Shown here piece after piece: positions 38,840 to 49,560 of a stretch of DNA of 64,000 nt (its first letter is position 1; the number at the start of each line of letters is the position of its first letter). The stretch is from an uncultured delta proteobacterium (GTDB lineage Bacteria > Desulfobacterota > Binatia > UBA9968). The translations under genes were made by a program, and so were the position numbers. Under the pieces are notes generated by a model. It made no database searches and was not told where the DNA came from. It saw only the letters and a list, made by a program, of their open reading frames with translations. The stretch lies in NCBI GenBank assembly GCA_963745035.1, contig CAVUVW010000010.1, positions 128,001 through 192,000 on the forward strand. Reading direction: 5' to 3'.

Positions 38840-40519
38840 GGCTGGGATTCGTCGGCGCACTGCACGATCAGTTGAATCTCGCTTGGATCTTCCGGCACGG
38901 CGGTCAAGAGCGCAGCTTTGAACTGGACGTCGCGCGCGCCGCTCTGGACGTTCGCGTCGGTTTTGCGCTCGAACCAGCCCGAGCTCATGACCCAAAGGAC
39001 CGGCGCGGCTAGCCGGCGCGACTCGCGCTTTTGGGCATATTCGATATTGAGTTTGCGAAGGCACGCGTCGAACTCGCGCAGCAGCCGCGATAGTTGCTCT
39101 TGATCAGGCGAGGCACCGTGCAATTCCACGGCGAAGGCGTAGAGCGATCTTTCCACGTCGGCACAGGCGCGAAAGTGTCGCAAGGCGACGCCCGCGGCGC
39201 TCTGCGCCTGCGCCATGGCCTCAATGACTTGATTGACGTGAAGCTTCTCGCCGGTGATGTTGGTTACATCGCGGCCTTTGCGCACGAACTCGATCAAGCG
39301 GGGTGCGGTTGTAAAAGCCGGCGACGCGAACCACGTCGTTGATATCGTAGCGATAGAGCCCGCCGGGCGTCGTCAGGATCAAATAGTAGCTCGCGCCCTC
39401 CTCGAGCTCCGCGCAGGTGAGAACCGTCGGCATGGGCTGCCGATTTCTGACTTCGGGAATGAACTCGTAGAAGTTTTCGTCGACGGCGAGAATGCCGGCG
39501 GAACCCGTATCGGAGATCGGCAGGGTTATTTGCGCTTCGCTCGCCATGTATCCGAGGTCGCGCACCGGGGTCTTGTCTGCCGAACCAGCGGGCGAATTCC
39601 TTCAAGCGCGTGCCCACCGTGCCGCCTTTCCAGCAGCCGATGAGCTGCAGTCGCGGCCAATATTCTCTCGGGCGGAGCGTGCCGTCGTACTTGATCAAAG
39701 ACTCCAGTCGGCGCGCGCGCGCGGGGTTTTTGCCGAGACGGCTCGCCAGCGCTTTGCGCAATTCCGCCGGCAGGCTGCAACCGGGACGGATGGTGCCGTC
39801 GCGAATGTCTTTGAATGATGTCGTGCTTTAGTCTCGATTCGCGCGTCTCCACCAGCTTGAGAATCGTGCTCGGATTGGGCGTGCCGAAAAACGTAATGTC
39901 GCTGTTCCAACGCGAGGCGCATGGTGAGGTAGTATTTCGCTTCGAAGTCTTTGATCTCGGCGATTTCATAGGGAGCCGCGTAGGCATTCTGGATCCAGCT
40001 CGGACTGCTTTGGTAGATGAACCCCGAAGCGGCGCCGAAGGGGATGCCGCCCGGCGGTTCTTGCCTTCGACCGCGGGACTCACGACGCCGAGCAGCTTGC
40101 CGCTGAAAAGATCGGGATGGTCGAGCAGCGCGCGATGATACCAGAAGCGGGTGAGCTGGCGATGGTTGCGGCGCGACGCTTCGGTGACCGGGATCAGCTT
40201 GGGTTGGCCGGTGCTGCCGCTGGTCATCGCGAACATCAGCGCCGGCTCCGCGGTCAGCACGTTCGTTCTCGCCGTTCTGGGCGCGCTCGACGTAGGGACG
40301 CAGGCGCTCGTAGTCGCCGATGGCGACCTGCGCGCGATATTCGCGGAGAGAAGCGATGGCGTCGAAATGATGATCGCGGCCAAAGCTCGTGGCGCGATTG
40401 CGCGAGATCATTTTAAGCAGGAGCTTGTTCTGAACTTCTTCCGGTTTGGCGGTGAGGCTCTGCCAGCGTGCCCACTGGCGTTCGGTCAGGAATGCGGCGG
40501 CTTTCAGCAGAAGGGCCAT
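38836..40519 (-). CDS. GH3 family acyl-acid amido synthetase (ANL superfamily); multiple 1-nt frameshifts
   Basis: Colinear GH3 motifs across frames: YERLRPYV, FAMTSGSTGQPKLIPVT, GYMASEA, GLYRYDINDVV, FVRKG..TGEKL. Confidence 0.85.
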
Positions 40520-40525
40520 GACATC

Positions 40526-42399
40526 CTAGCGGTGTATTTCGTGCTTTGCGCCGGCGAGGCGTTCCAGGGCGTCGTCTCTGACGGTGACGCTGAGGCCGCG
40601 CGTTTTGAGCAAGCGGCGCGCGCCCGCCGAGTCCGAACGCGACGTTTTCGAAGGTGACGTCTTCGGCTAGCAGCCAGGTGCCGAAAGAACCTTCGGCGCA
40701 TTGCGAGCTCGGGTAAATGCGCCGCGAACGTGCGTCCGGCGGCGGACAAGATTCCGGTTTCGCCCACCTGCGCGCCGACTTGGATCTTGATGCCGGCTTG
40801 CTGCGCCAATTGGGCGATCGCCAGACTGCCGCTGATGCCGCCGCATTTAGAAAGCCGGATATTGAACGAGTCGCAAGCGCCGAGCTCGATCAGTTGGCGC
40901 GCCTGCGCGACGGTGACGAGCGATTCGTCGGCCATGACCGGAATGCCGCAACGATCGCGCACCTGCTTCATGCCGGTGATATCGCCGGCGGCTACAGGCT
41001 GCTCGATGCATTGGAGCTGGAACCTGGCGAGGCGGTGGAGATGCTCCACCGCTTGTTCGGCAGTCCACGCGCCATTGGCGTCGGCACGCAGCTCGACCTC
41101 GGCGCCGACCGCTTTGCGCACGGCTTCCATGCGCGCAAAGTCATCGGCGCCGCCGACCTTGACTTTGATTTGCCGCAGTCCCAGGCGCGCCATCCGTCTT
41201 GCGAGAGCGGCCGCTTCCGCCGGTGCGTCGGCCGAGATCACGCCGCTGTAAACGACTTCGAGGCGGCTGGGGGGAAGTAAATCCGCCAGGGCGCAATGGT
41301 CGGCGCGCAGCGCCCAATCCAGAAGCGCCAGCTCGACGGCGCAAAAAGCGGCGTTCCACGCAACCACGCCGGAGCCGTTTTCCTGCTCCGTCCACTGCGG
41401 CATGACGCTCTCAAGATATTCCAGAGTTTCCCAGCCGGGCGTGAAAGACTCGGCGAAAATCTTCGGCGCCATTCGGTCTTGAATGTGCGCCACCATGGAT
41501 GCCGTCGTCTCGCCGGTTACGTAGGAGCGGGGCAAGCTCTCGCCGTAGCCGCTCCGGCCGTCGGCTGCCGGTGACTTTGACGATCACCGAGTCGCTTTCT
41601 TCGCGGCTTTGCAGCGCATGGCGAAAGGCCTGATGAAACGGGATGCGGAGCTGATAGATCGTGATCGATTCGATGCGCCGCGCTTTTGCCGGCGCGGCTT
41701 TGCTGTGCGTTCGCCGCCGCGACGCCGCGGGAAAATAGTGGCGCACGAACAGGTCGTCGCCAAGAGTGAACGCGGCGATGTGGTCGAAGAGATCATCCGA
41801 GATTTCGATGAAAAGCCAGATAATCCCGCACCACGCTCACGCCTTCCTCGGCATGGCGGATATCGACCTCGGAATGCAGCTCGAACCAGCGCAGCGCCGG
41901 CTTGGCGAAGCCGTACAGATTCATGAGGGCCGCGGCGATCTCGCTCGAACAGCGCGACAGCATGAATTCGAAGCTCATGGTTTCGAGCAACACCGACAAG
42001 CAAAGCTCGCGCAGGGTGGCGACCGGCACGCGCGTCGCGCAAAAAGTCGCGACCCGCCGGCGGGCGTCGACAATCAGCTCGTCGATCTCGCGTTCGGTCG
42101 AAGCCCAGCCCACGCGCCATTTCCAGGAGCAGGGCGGAATGAGGCTTCTCGTCGCTCCGAACCCATCTCTTCCAGGAGATTTTCTTTCAAAAGCGCGGCG
42201 GCGTCGGCAGGAAGCGCGGCGAAGCACAGCGCGACGATGTGCGACGACAGGTAATGGGTGCGAAAAACGTTGCCGATGAATTCGCGCGCGGCTTGCGGCG
42301 ACGGCGTCGCCCGCGACGAGCCCGCGATACTCGGCGGAGCCGCGAAAATCGCGCGTGGCGTTGTCGAAAGCAAGATGTGATATGCTCGACCGAGATCAT
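40526..42399 (-). CDS. Fusion of heme-oxygenase-like diiron (PqqC/CADD-like) domain and enolase-superfamily (MLE/dipeptide epimerase-like) domain; multiple 1-nt frameshifts
   Basis: RBS GGAGG; N-half ENLLEE..H, ETMSFE, HSEVDIRH; C-half YGESLPRSYVTGET, KVKVG, DANGAW, EQP, ADES, NIRLSKCGG, EGSF; linker RHYFPAAS..RIESITIY is open with no stop. Confidence 0.72.
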
Positions 42400-42442
42400 T
42401 GCCCTTCCTCCGGCGCCGCCGATGCGGCCCCGTCTTCCATGC

Positions 42443-45400
42443 TTAGCGATTGGGTGTCTGCGATCGCTCCTGGGCCATGGCCTTGATTCGTCGCAAATCG
42501 ACTTTTCCCGAGCCGAGGAGCGGCAGGGCTTCGACGACGTGGAGATTCTCGCGCTTGGGAATCCAGAGCTTGGGCAGATCGGAGCGATTCAGTTTGTCCC
42601 AAAGCTCGTCCCGGCTCATGCCGTTCTGCGCATAGAATGCCACGAGTTTCTCGCCGCGCTGTTCGTCGGGCAGCGCGGTGACCGCGGCGGCGGGACTGCC
42701 GAGAACTTCGTTCATGGTTTCTTCGACCTTCATGTGCGGCACCATCTCGCCGCCGATCTTGCTGAAACGCGAAATCCGATCGACGATGCGGATGAAGCCG
42801 TCGTCATCGACGGCGGCGATATCGCCGGTCACGTACCAGCCGTGGCGCAGCGCCTGCTCGGTGAGCTGAGGCTGGCCGAGGTAGCCGAGCATCAGATTAG
42901 GCCCCTTCACGAGCAGCAGGCCTTCCTCGCCGGGCGGCAGCGGTCGCTCGCTGTCGCGGTCGACGACTTTGACCGCGACGCCGGGAATCGGATGGCCGAC
43001 GGTTCCCGGCTTGTGGCCGATCTGTTTTTCCGCGCCGTCGAGCACGTCTTCGACGTTGACCGACACGACCGGCGCGAGCTCGGTGCAGCCGTAGCCTTCG
43101 AAGATGGTGATGCCGTATTTCTCTTGATAGCCCTTGGCCACCGGCTCGCGGAGCTTTTCGGCGCCGGCGATCACGTAACGCAGCGAGGCGAACTCTTCCT
43201 TGGTGCAGCGCCTGAGATAGCCGGCGAAGAAGGTCGAGGTGCTGATCAGCAAGGTGGCTTTGTATTTCTGCACGGTCTCGCCGATGGTCTTGGCGTCGGT
43301 GGGATTGGGATGATAGACGACGCCGAACTCCGCCAGGAGCGGCAGCCACAACGTGCCGGTGAACCCGAAGGAGTGAAACAGCGGCAGTACGCCCATGATA
43401 CGATCGCTGGTTTTTAGCGCAATCGCTTGGTGGATGCCTTCGATATTGGCGACGATATTGTGGTGCGACAGCATCACGCCCTTGGGCGCGCCGGTGCTGC
43501 CGCTGGAAAAAATCACGGTCGCCAGGTCGCTCGCTTTTTGGCTTCTCCGGTGGCGGCGGCACAGCCAGGACGCGGGCAGTAAAAACGCTTTGAGAGCGGC
43601 GACTGCTTTTTGCGGCGACGAGAAGTCCTTGCGGAGCTCTTCGAGAAAAACCATGCCGGGGATATTTTCCAGACCGGCTTTGGACAAAAAGACGCGAGAT
43701 GTGAGGATCGTCTCGATGCGGCACTGCTCGATGGCCGAGGCCATCGCTTCGCGGCCGGCGGTAAAATTCAAATTCACCGGCACTTTGCCGGCGAGAAGGA
43801 CGGCGATGTTTGCGAGCGCGCCGCCCACCGAGGCAGGCAGCAACACTCCCACCATCTGCTGTTGTCCGCAGCGCTTTTGGATCCAGCCGGACAACAAGAG
43901 GCTGCCGATCAGAGTCTTTCCGTAGCTCAGCTCGGTGCCGGTGGTGTCGGCCATACAAAAGGAAAACCAGCGCCGCTTCGCGCTTTCGATGAATCTCGTG
44001 TGCAGCAGATCGGCGGCGCTCGGACGATGGTCAAAGGCGTTGCTCTCGAGCACGGCAACGGCCCCCCGCACGTCCGCTGCGGTCGCATCGGAAGGAAGCG
44101 GCGATCCGAAGGAAACCGTGACGGGATCAAACCAGCGCTTGGGCCATTTCCAAAAAAATTTCCCGTCCTTGAAGCTGAAGATGCTGCCCCACAATTGATC
44201 GAGGTGCACGGGGATGATCGGCACCGAGGTGCCTTCGACGATTTTTTCGAAGCCGCGTTTGAACGAGCGCAAACGGCCGTTTCGGCTGATCGCGCCTTCG
44301 GCGAAAATGCACACGACGTGGCCCTTGTCGAGCTCGTTGCGCGCGTGCTTGAGCGATTGCACGATATCGCGCCGATTGCTTGCCGACACCGGAATCGCGT
44401 GCATCAGGCGAAAAAGCCAGTTCAAGAATTTGATGTCGTAATAGTCGCGGTGCAGCATGAAGCGCACCAGCCGCGGCAGCGATCCACCGATCATGAACGC
44501 GTCGACGAAAGAAACGTGATTCGAAACCAGTAGCGCGGGGCCCTGGAGCGGCAGATTTTCCGCGCCGACGACCTTGATACGATACACCGTGTGCGTGAAC
44601 AGCCAGAGGATCAGCCGGACGAAATAATCGGGGAGAAAATAGAGAATCGCCAGGGTGCCGGCCAAGGTCACCAAACCGGTCAGCAAAATGATCGTTTCCG
44701 GCGTGAAATCCAGCGGCGTCTTGAACAGCCAGTGGACCGCGGCGGCGAGCACGATGCCGAGGGTGTTCATGAAATTGTTGGTGGCGATCAATTGGCCTTT
44801 TTCCTCGCGTCCGGCTTTTTGCTGGAGAAAGGCGTTGAGCGGCACGGCGAATAGTCCCGCCGAGAAGCCGAGGCCGACGAGCGCGGCGGCGGTGTGCGCA
44901 TAGGACGGCGCCGAGAGCGCCACCAAGCCGAGACAGATGCCCATGGCCACGGAGCCCAGCGGCACCAATCCCATTTCGATATGATCGCCGGACAGCCGTC
45001 CGGCGGCGAGGCTGCCCAAGCCGATGCCGACCGCCAGGAACGTGCCGAGCAAGCCGATGTGAAACTCATCGAGTCCGAGCAGTTCCTTGCCGAAGAACAG
45101 CATATTGATCTGTACCAGCGCGCCGAGAAACCAGAAATAAGAAATGCCGATCACGGTCAGCCAGAGAGGGCGATCGCGGCGCAGGCGGCGCAGGCCGTCG
45201 ACGATTTCGCCGAACGGATTCAGCCGGAAGAGCTTCGCCGCGCCCGACGGCGCCACCCGGGCGATGCCCTGGCTGGTGAATACTCCTAGAATCGCAATGA
45301 CCAGCATCAACAAACCGATCAACGGCAGGTTGTGCTTCCAAAGCGCAAAGATCGCGCTGCCCATGGACGTGCCGAGGATGATCGCCATGAACGTGCTCAT

Positions 45401-45844
45401 CTCCAGGAGGCCGTTGCCGCGTGAGAGGTCCTTGTCGGGAAGCATCTCCGGTAAAATCCCGTACTTGGCGGGACTGAAAAACGCCGCGTGGAGGCCCATG
45501 AGAAACACCAGCACGAGCATGGACTCGAGATGGCCGATATAAAATGCAGCGATCGCCAAAACCATGATCACGACTTCGAAAAATTTGACCGCGACCAGAA
45601 TCGTCCGCTTGCTGTACACGTCGGCCAGATGGCCGGCGTAGCCGGAAACCAGCGCTGAGGGCAGAATGAACAAGAAAGCGATGATCTCGACGTAGCCGGG
45701 ACCGCCGTGCACCGCGAGATTCAACGCGACGAAGGAAACGACGATCTTTAGGAAATTGTCGTTGAAAGCGCCGAGAAACTGCGTCCAGAAAAACGAGAAA
45801 AAACCAGGTTGTCTCAGGGTGTCGCTATATTTGCCGTTGCTCAT
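42443..45844 (-). CDS. aas: Aas-type trifunctional MFS / lysophospholipid acyltransferase / acyl-ACP synthetase
   Basis: TQFLGAFNDN MFS start, SNHVSFVD and FAEG PlsC motifs, FSSGSTGAPKG, EGYGCTE, YVTGD, SRFSKIGGEMV. Confidence 0.93.
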   Translation of the reverse strand: MSNGKYSDTLRQPGFFSFFWTQFLGAFNDNFLKIVVSFVALNLAVHGGPGYVEIIAFLFILPSALVSGYAGHLADVYSKRTILVAVKFFEVVIMVLAIAAFYIGHLESMLVLVFLMGLHAAFFSPAKYGILPEMLPDKDLSRGNGLLEMSTFMAIILGTSMGSAIFALWKHNLPLIGLLMLVIAILGVFTSQGIARVAPSGAAKLFRLNPFGEIVDGLRRLRRDRPLWLTVIGISYFWFLGALVQINMLFFGKELLGLDEFHIGLLGTFLAVGIGLGSLAAGRLSGDHIEMGLVPLGSVAMGICLGLVALSAPSYAHTAAALVGLGFSAGLFAVPLNAFLQQKAGREEKGQLIATNNFMNTLGIVLAAAVHWLFKTPLDFTPETIILLTGLVTLAGTLAILYFLPDYFVRLILWLFTHTVYRIKVVGAENLPLQGPALLVSNHVSFVDAFMIGGSLPRLVRFMLHRDYYDIKFLNWLFRLMHAIPVSASNRRDIVQSLKHARNELDKGHVVCIFAEGAISRNGRLRSFKRGFEKIVEGTSVPIIPVHLDQLWGSIFSFKDGKFFWKWPKRWFDPVTVSFGSPLPSDATAADVRGAVAVLESNAFDHRPSAADLLHTRFIESAKRRWFSFCMADTTGTELSYGKTLIGSLLLSGWIQKRCGQQQMVGVLLPASVGGALANIAVLLAGKVPVNLNFTAGREAMASAIEQCRIETILTSRVFLSKAGLENIPGMVFLEELRKDFSSPQKAVAALKAFLLPASWLCRRHRRSQKASDLATVIFSSGSTGAPKGVMLSHHNIVANIEGIHQAIALKTSDRIMGVLPLFHSFGFTGTLWLPLLAEFGVVYHPNPTDAKTIGETVQKYKATLLISTSTFFAGYLRRCTKEEFASLRYVIAGAEKLREPVAKGYQEKYGITIFEGYGCTELAPVVSVNVEDVLDGAEKQIGHKPGTVGHPIPGVAVKVVDRDSERPLPPGEEGLLLVKGPNLMLGYLGQPQLTEQALRHGWYVTGDIAAVDDDGFIRIVDRISRFSKIGGEMVPHMKVEETMNEVLGSPAAAVTALPDEQRGEKLVAFYAQNGMSRDELWDKLNRSDLPKLWIPKRENLHVVEALPLLGSGKVDLRRIKAMAQERSQTPNR

Positions 45845-45943
45845 AAAAATTCGCCGTAGAAGTCCCCTATTTGTTTCATTAAAAGGGGATTTAATTCAAG
45901 ACTTTTTCCCGTCCGGCCGGTTGAGCGTGTATCCGTGATTCTC

Positions 45944-45972
45944 TTGCAACCCGCAACGGACATCCACATAAT
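45944..45972 (+). promoter_or_regulatory. Sigma70-like promoter for pgeF (leaderless geometry)
   Basis: TTGCAA-17 nt-CATAAT-6 nt-ATG; no Shine-Dalgarno. Confidence 0.6.
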
Positions 45973-45978
45973 CGGCGC

Positions 45979-46761
45979 ATGGAAATCACATGGTATCAGG
46001 TTCCCCGGTGGCAAGGATATCACGGTTTGCTGCACGGCTTTGCCGGCCGCGGGGGCGGAAAAAGCGCCGGGCCTTATGCCGGATTGAACACTTCGTATCG
46101 CGTCGGGGACGACCCGAAGATCGTCAGCCAGAACGTCTGCGATTTGAAGCTCGCCGCCGGCATTCACGACGGCAGGATCGTCACCATGCGCCAGGTCCAC
46201 GGCGACGATATCGTCGAAGTCAAGGACAAAAAGCTCAAAGAAGCCGGCGAGGCCGACGGGATGATCACCGCCGAGCAGGATATTTTTCTTGCCGTGCTCA
46301 CCGCCGATTGCGTGCCCATGCTGTTCGTTGCGCCGAAGCAGAGACTCGCCGCCGCCGTGCACGCCGGCTGGCGCGGCACCTTGGCGGGGATCGCGGAGAA
46401 GACCGTGCGGCTATTTCAAACGGAGCGCGGCATCGAGCCGGCGGATTTGGAAGTCGCGCTCGGCCCCTCCATCGGTTCGTGCTGCTACGAAGTCAAAGAC
46501 GATGTTGCCGGCCCGCTGATGAAAAGATGGGGCAAGCTGACGACGCCGAGCGTCTTTGTCCGGGAAGGCAAGTCCTATATCGATTTGCGACGCCTCAATC
46601 GGGACATTCTCCGCGCCGCCGGCGTGCCCGGAAGCCAGCTCTTTCAAGTGGGGCCGTGCACCCGCTGCGCCGCGGAAGAATTCTTCTCTTACCGCCGCGC
46701 GGGCGGCGAAACCGGCAGGCAGATGAGCCTGGTCGGTTGGCTGCCTGCCGCGTCGACTTAA
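45979..46761 (+). CDS. pgeF: Peptidoglycan editing factor PgeF / YfiH family
   Basis: QVHG, TADCVP, AAVHAGWRG, GPSIGSCCYEV, FFSYRR. Confidence 0.92.
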   Translation: MEITWYQVPRWQGYHGLLHGFAGRGGGKSAGPYAGLNTSYRVGDDPKIVSQNVCDLKLAAGIHDGRIVTMRQVHGDDIVEVKDKKLKEAGEADGMITAEQDIFLAVLTADCVPMLFVAPKQRLAAAVHAGWRGTLAGIAEKTVRLFQTERGIEPADLEVALGPSIGSCCYEVKDDVAGPLMKRWGKLTTPSVFVREGKSYIDLRRLNRDILRAAGVPGSQLFQVGPCTRCAAEEFFSYRRAGGETGRQMSLVGWLPAAST

Positions 46762-46942
46762 GGTCGCGGGCGCCGCTCCGGATGCCAAATGTATTGCGAG
46801 CCGGTGAAAGCAAACCGGGACATTTCGGCCGAGCGTCTTTTCTTCTCGCGACAGTTGTATTAAGTAGGGTGCGCAAAGTCAGGATCTGCTTCGACGCTGA
46901 AGCAGAGCCGGTTGCATGAAGATTCGTTGCGGAGGCGAGGCA

Positions 46943-47906
46943 ATGAGAATCCATCGGGGGAGTTTTTTTATCTGGTTTGTCGTCGGCGTGGCGGTGCTGC
47001 CGCTGGCGCGCGAGGTGAGTTGGGCGCAGGCGAAAAGCAAGCTCGGCTACATGAAGATCGTCGACAACGCGGCGCTGTTTGTGGCGATGGAAAAGGGCTT
47101 CTTCAAGGCCGAAGGGTTGGAGATCGAAACCCTGCCGCTGGCGGGTGGCGCGCCGATCATCAACGGCGTGGTCTCGGGCGATCTGCAGTTCGGCTGGACC
47201 AACGTGATCTCGCTGTATCAGGCGCGCACGGAAGGGTTCGATTTCAAGCTCGTCGCCGGCGGCGCCACCAATGTGAAGGCGAAGAACGAGAGCCATGCCA
47301 TCCAGGTCGCAAAGGCCTCGCCGATCAAGACCGCCAAAGATCTGGAAGGCAAGACGGTGGCGGTAAATACGCTCAACAACATCGTCCATCTGATGGCGAT
47401 GGCCTGGATCGATAAGAATGGCGGCAGCTCGACCAAGGTGAAGTTCGTCGAGGTGCCGTTCCCGCAGATGGAAGCGACGTTGAGCGCCGGCAAAGTCGAC
47501 GCGATCAGCGTTCACGAGCCCTTTGCCACCGCGGCGCTGGAGAAGGGCGGCGCCCGCGTGCTGGCGCAGCCGTGGGGCGAGGTGTTGCCCAAGTTTCTGA
47601 TCGCGAGTTGGTTTGCTTCGGAAAAGTGGCTGGCGAAGAACAAGGAAACCGGCCAGGCGTTCGTGCGCGCCATCGGCCGCGGCATCGACGCGATCCAAGC
47701 CGATCCCGGAGGGGAGCCGCGCGGCGATGATCAAGTGGGCGGGGTTGAATCCCGAGCTCGCCGGCAAGATCGGCTTGCCGGTGTTCGAGAAAGGCGTTTC
47801 GGAAAAGGATCTTCAAGCGACTATCGATCTCACCCTCAAGTACAAGCTGATCCCGAAAGCGTTCAAGGCGCGGGAAGTGATCAGCGACCTCGCGCCGAAA
47901 AGTTAG
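46943..47906 (+). CDS. NitT/TauT family ABC substrate-binding protein; frameshift near 47710
   Basis: Signal peptide, AMEKGFFKAEGLEIE, DLEGKTVAVN, EVPFPQM, VHEPF. Confidence 0.88.
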
Positions 47907-47910
47907 GATT

Positions 47911-47987
47911 GGAGTAACGGAGTATTGGAATGGTGGAGTAATGATCTCTTGATCCAGCACCCCAATACTCCATCACTCCATCACCCC
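47911..47987. repeat. GGAGTAAT 8-mer tandem plus inverted array
   Basis: GGAGTAAC GGAGTATT GGAATGGT GGAGTAAT, spacer, AGCACCCC AATACTCC ATCACTCC ATCACCCC. Confidence 0.9.
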
Positions 47988-47999
47988 GTTCTCTCTTCC

Positions 48000-48779
48000 G
48001 TGGCCATTCTTGAAGTTCAAGAATCTCGCGAAGAGCTACCGGCAAGCGGGCGGCGAAACTACCGCGGCGATAGGCAATATTTCCTGCCGCGTGGAACGGG
48101 GTGAATTCGTTTCCTTCGTTGGACCCTCCGGCTGCGGCAAAACCACACTGCTCATGACGATCGCGGGCCTGTTGGCGCCGAGCGACGGCCGAGTGGTGGT
48201 CAACGGCAAAGTGGTCAACGGTCCTCCCGCCGATCTGGTCCTGTTATTTCAGGAGTACAACAAATCTTTATTTGCCTGGCGCACCGTGCTCGGCAATGTC
48301 CGCTTCGGTCTGGAAGCGCGCGGCGATCATTCGCCTGATACCGCGAGCCGGGCGCGCGCGCTGATCGAGCTGGTCGGGCTCGCGCGGTTTTGAAGCTCAT
48401 TATCCGTGGGAGCTTTCCGGCGGCATGCAGCAGCGGGTGGCGATCGCCCGCGCGCTCGCCTACGCGCCGGAAGTCTTGCTGATGGATGAACCTTTCGGCT
48501 CGCTCGATGCGCTGACGCGGCTGGAGCTGGAAGACACCTTGTTGCGGCTTTGGGCCGAGCTCAAGACCACCATCGTGTTCATCACCCACGATATCGAGGA
48601 AGCGATTTATCTCTCGGACCGGATCTGGGTGTTGAGCCGAAGGCCGTCCGCAGATTATCGAAGAATTGCCGGTCGCGCTTTCCCGGCCGCGCGATCAGGT
48701 GGCCACCCGCGCCGAAGCGCGCTTCATGGAACTGAGAAATCACATTTACCGCAGGATCAGTAATCCGGCTACGGCGTGA
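48000..48779 (+). CDS. NitT/TauT family ABC ATP-binding protein; several frameshifts
   Basis: GPSGCGKT Walker [26 protein letters not shown] across ORFs 48010-48393 and 48425-48763. Confidence 0.85.
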
Positions 48780-49557
48780 ACCGGCTGAAAAACGTCAACA
48801 TGACCCGGCTGGTCGAGCTTCGCGCTCGTGCTGCTCCTCGTGGGAGCTCGGCGCGCGCGTCGCGCCGGCTTACCGGCTCTACCTGCCGCCGATCAGCGAG
48901 GTGCTGGCCGCGCTGGGTCGCGTGCTGTTCGACGGCCCGGTGGCCGGCCATCTGCTGGTTACCTTGGAAAGATTTGCCGCCGGCTATTTGATTGCCGCGG
49001 CGCTCGGCGTGTCGCTCGGCGTTGCGCTCGGCTATTTTCCGTCCTGGCACCGGCTGTTCGGCACCGTGATCGAGTTTTTGCGCCCCATGCCGTCGGTGGC
49101 GATCATTCCGGTGGCGATTTTGCTGCTCGGCATCGGCGACGCCATGATCGTCGCGGTGACGGCGTACGCGAGCGTCTGGTCGATTCTCGTCAACACCATC
49201 GACGGCGTCCGAAATATCGAAACCACGCTCGTCGCCACCGGCCGAACCTTCGGGCTCAGCCTGCGCGCGATCTTGTGGCGCATTATTCTCCCCGCCGCTT
49301 CGCCCTACATCGTCACCGGCTTGCGCATCGCGCTGTCGATCGCGCTGATTCTGGTGACGACCGCCGAAATGGTCGCCGGGAGCAAGGGCCTCGGCTTTTT
49401 TATTCTCGACGAGGAGCGCTCGATGAACAGCCGCAACATGTACGCCGGCATTATCCTCGTGGCGGCGTTCGGGTACGCGCTCAATCGGCTGTTTCTGGCC
49501 CTGGAAGGGCGTGTGATGAGATGGCGCCACGGCATGATGGCGCGGGAGATCGCGTAA
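48776..49557 (+). CDS. NitT/TauT family ABC permease; N-terminal frameshift(s)
   Basis: EFLRPMPSVAIIP, NTIDGVR, ILPAASPYIVTGLR, AEMVAGSKGLG. Confidence 0.87.
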
Positions 49558-49560
49558 GAA

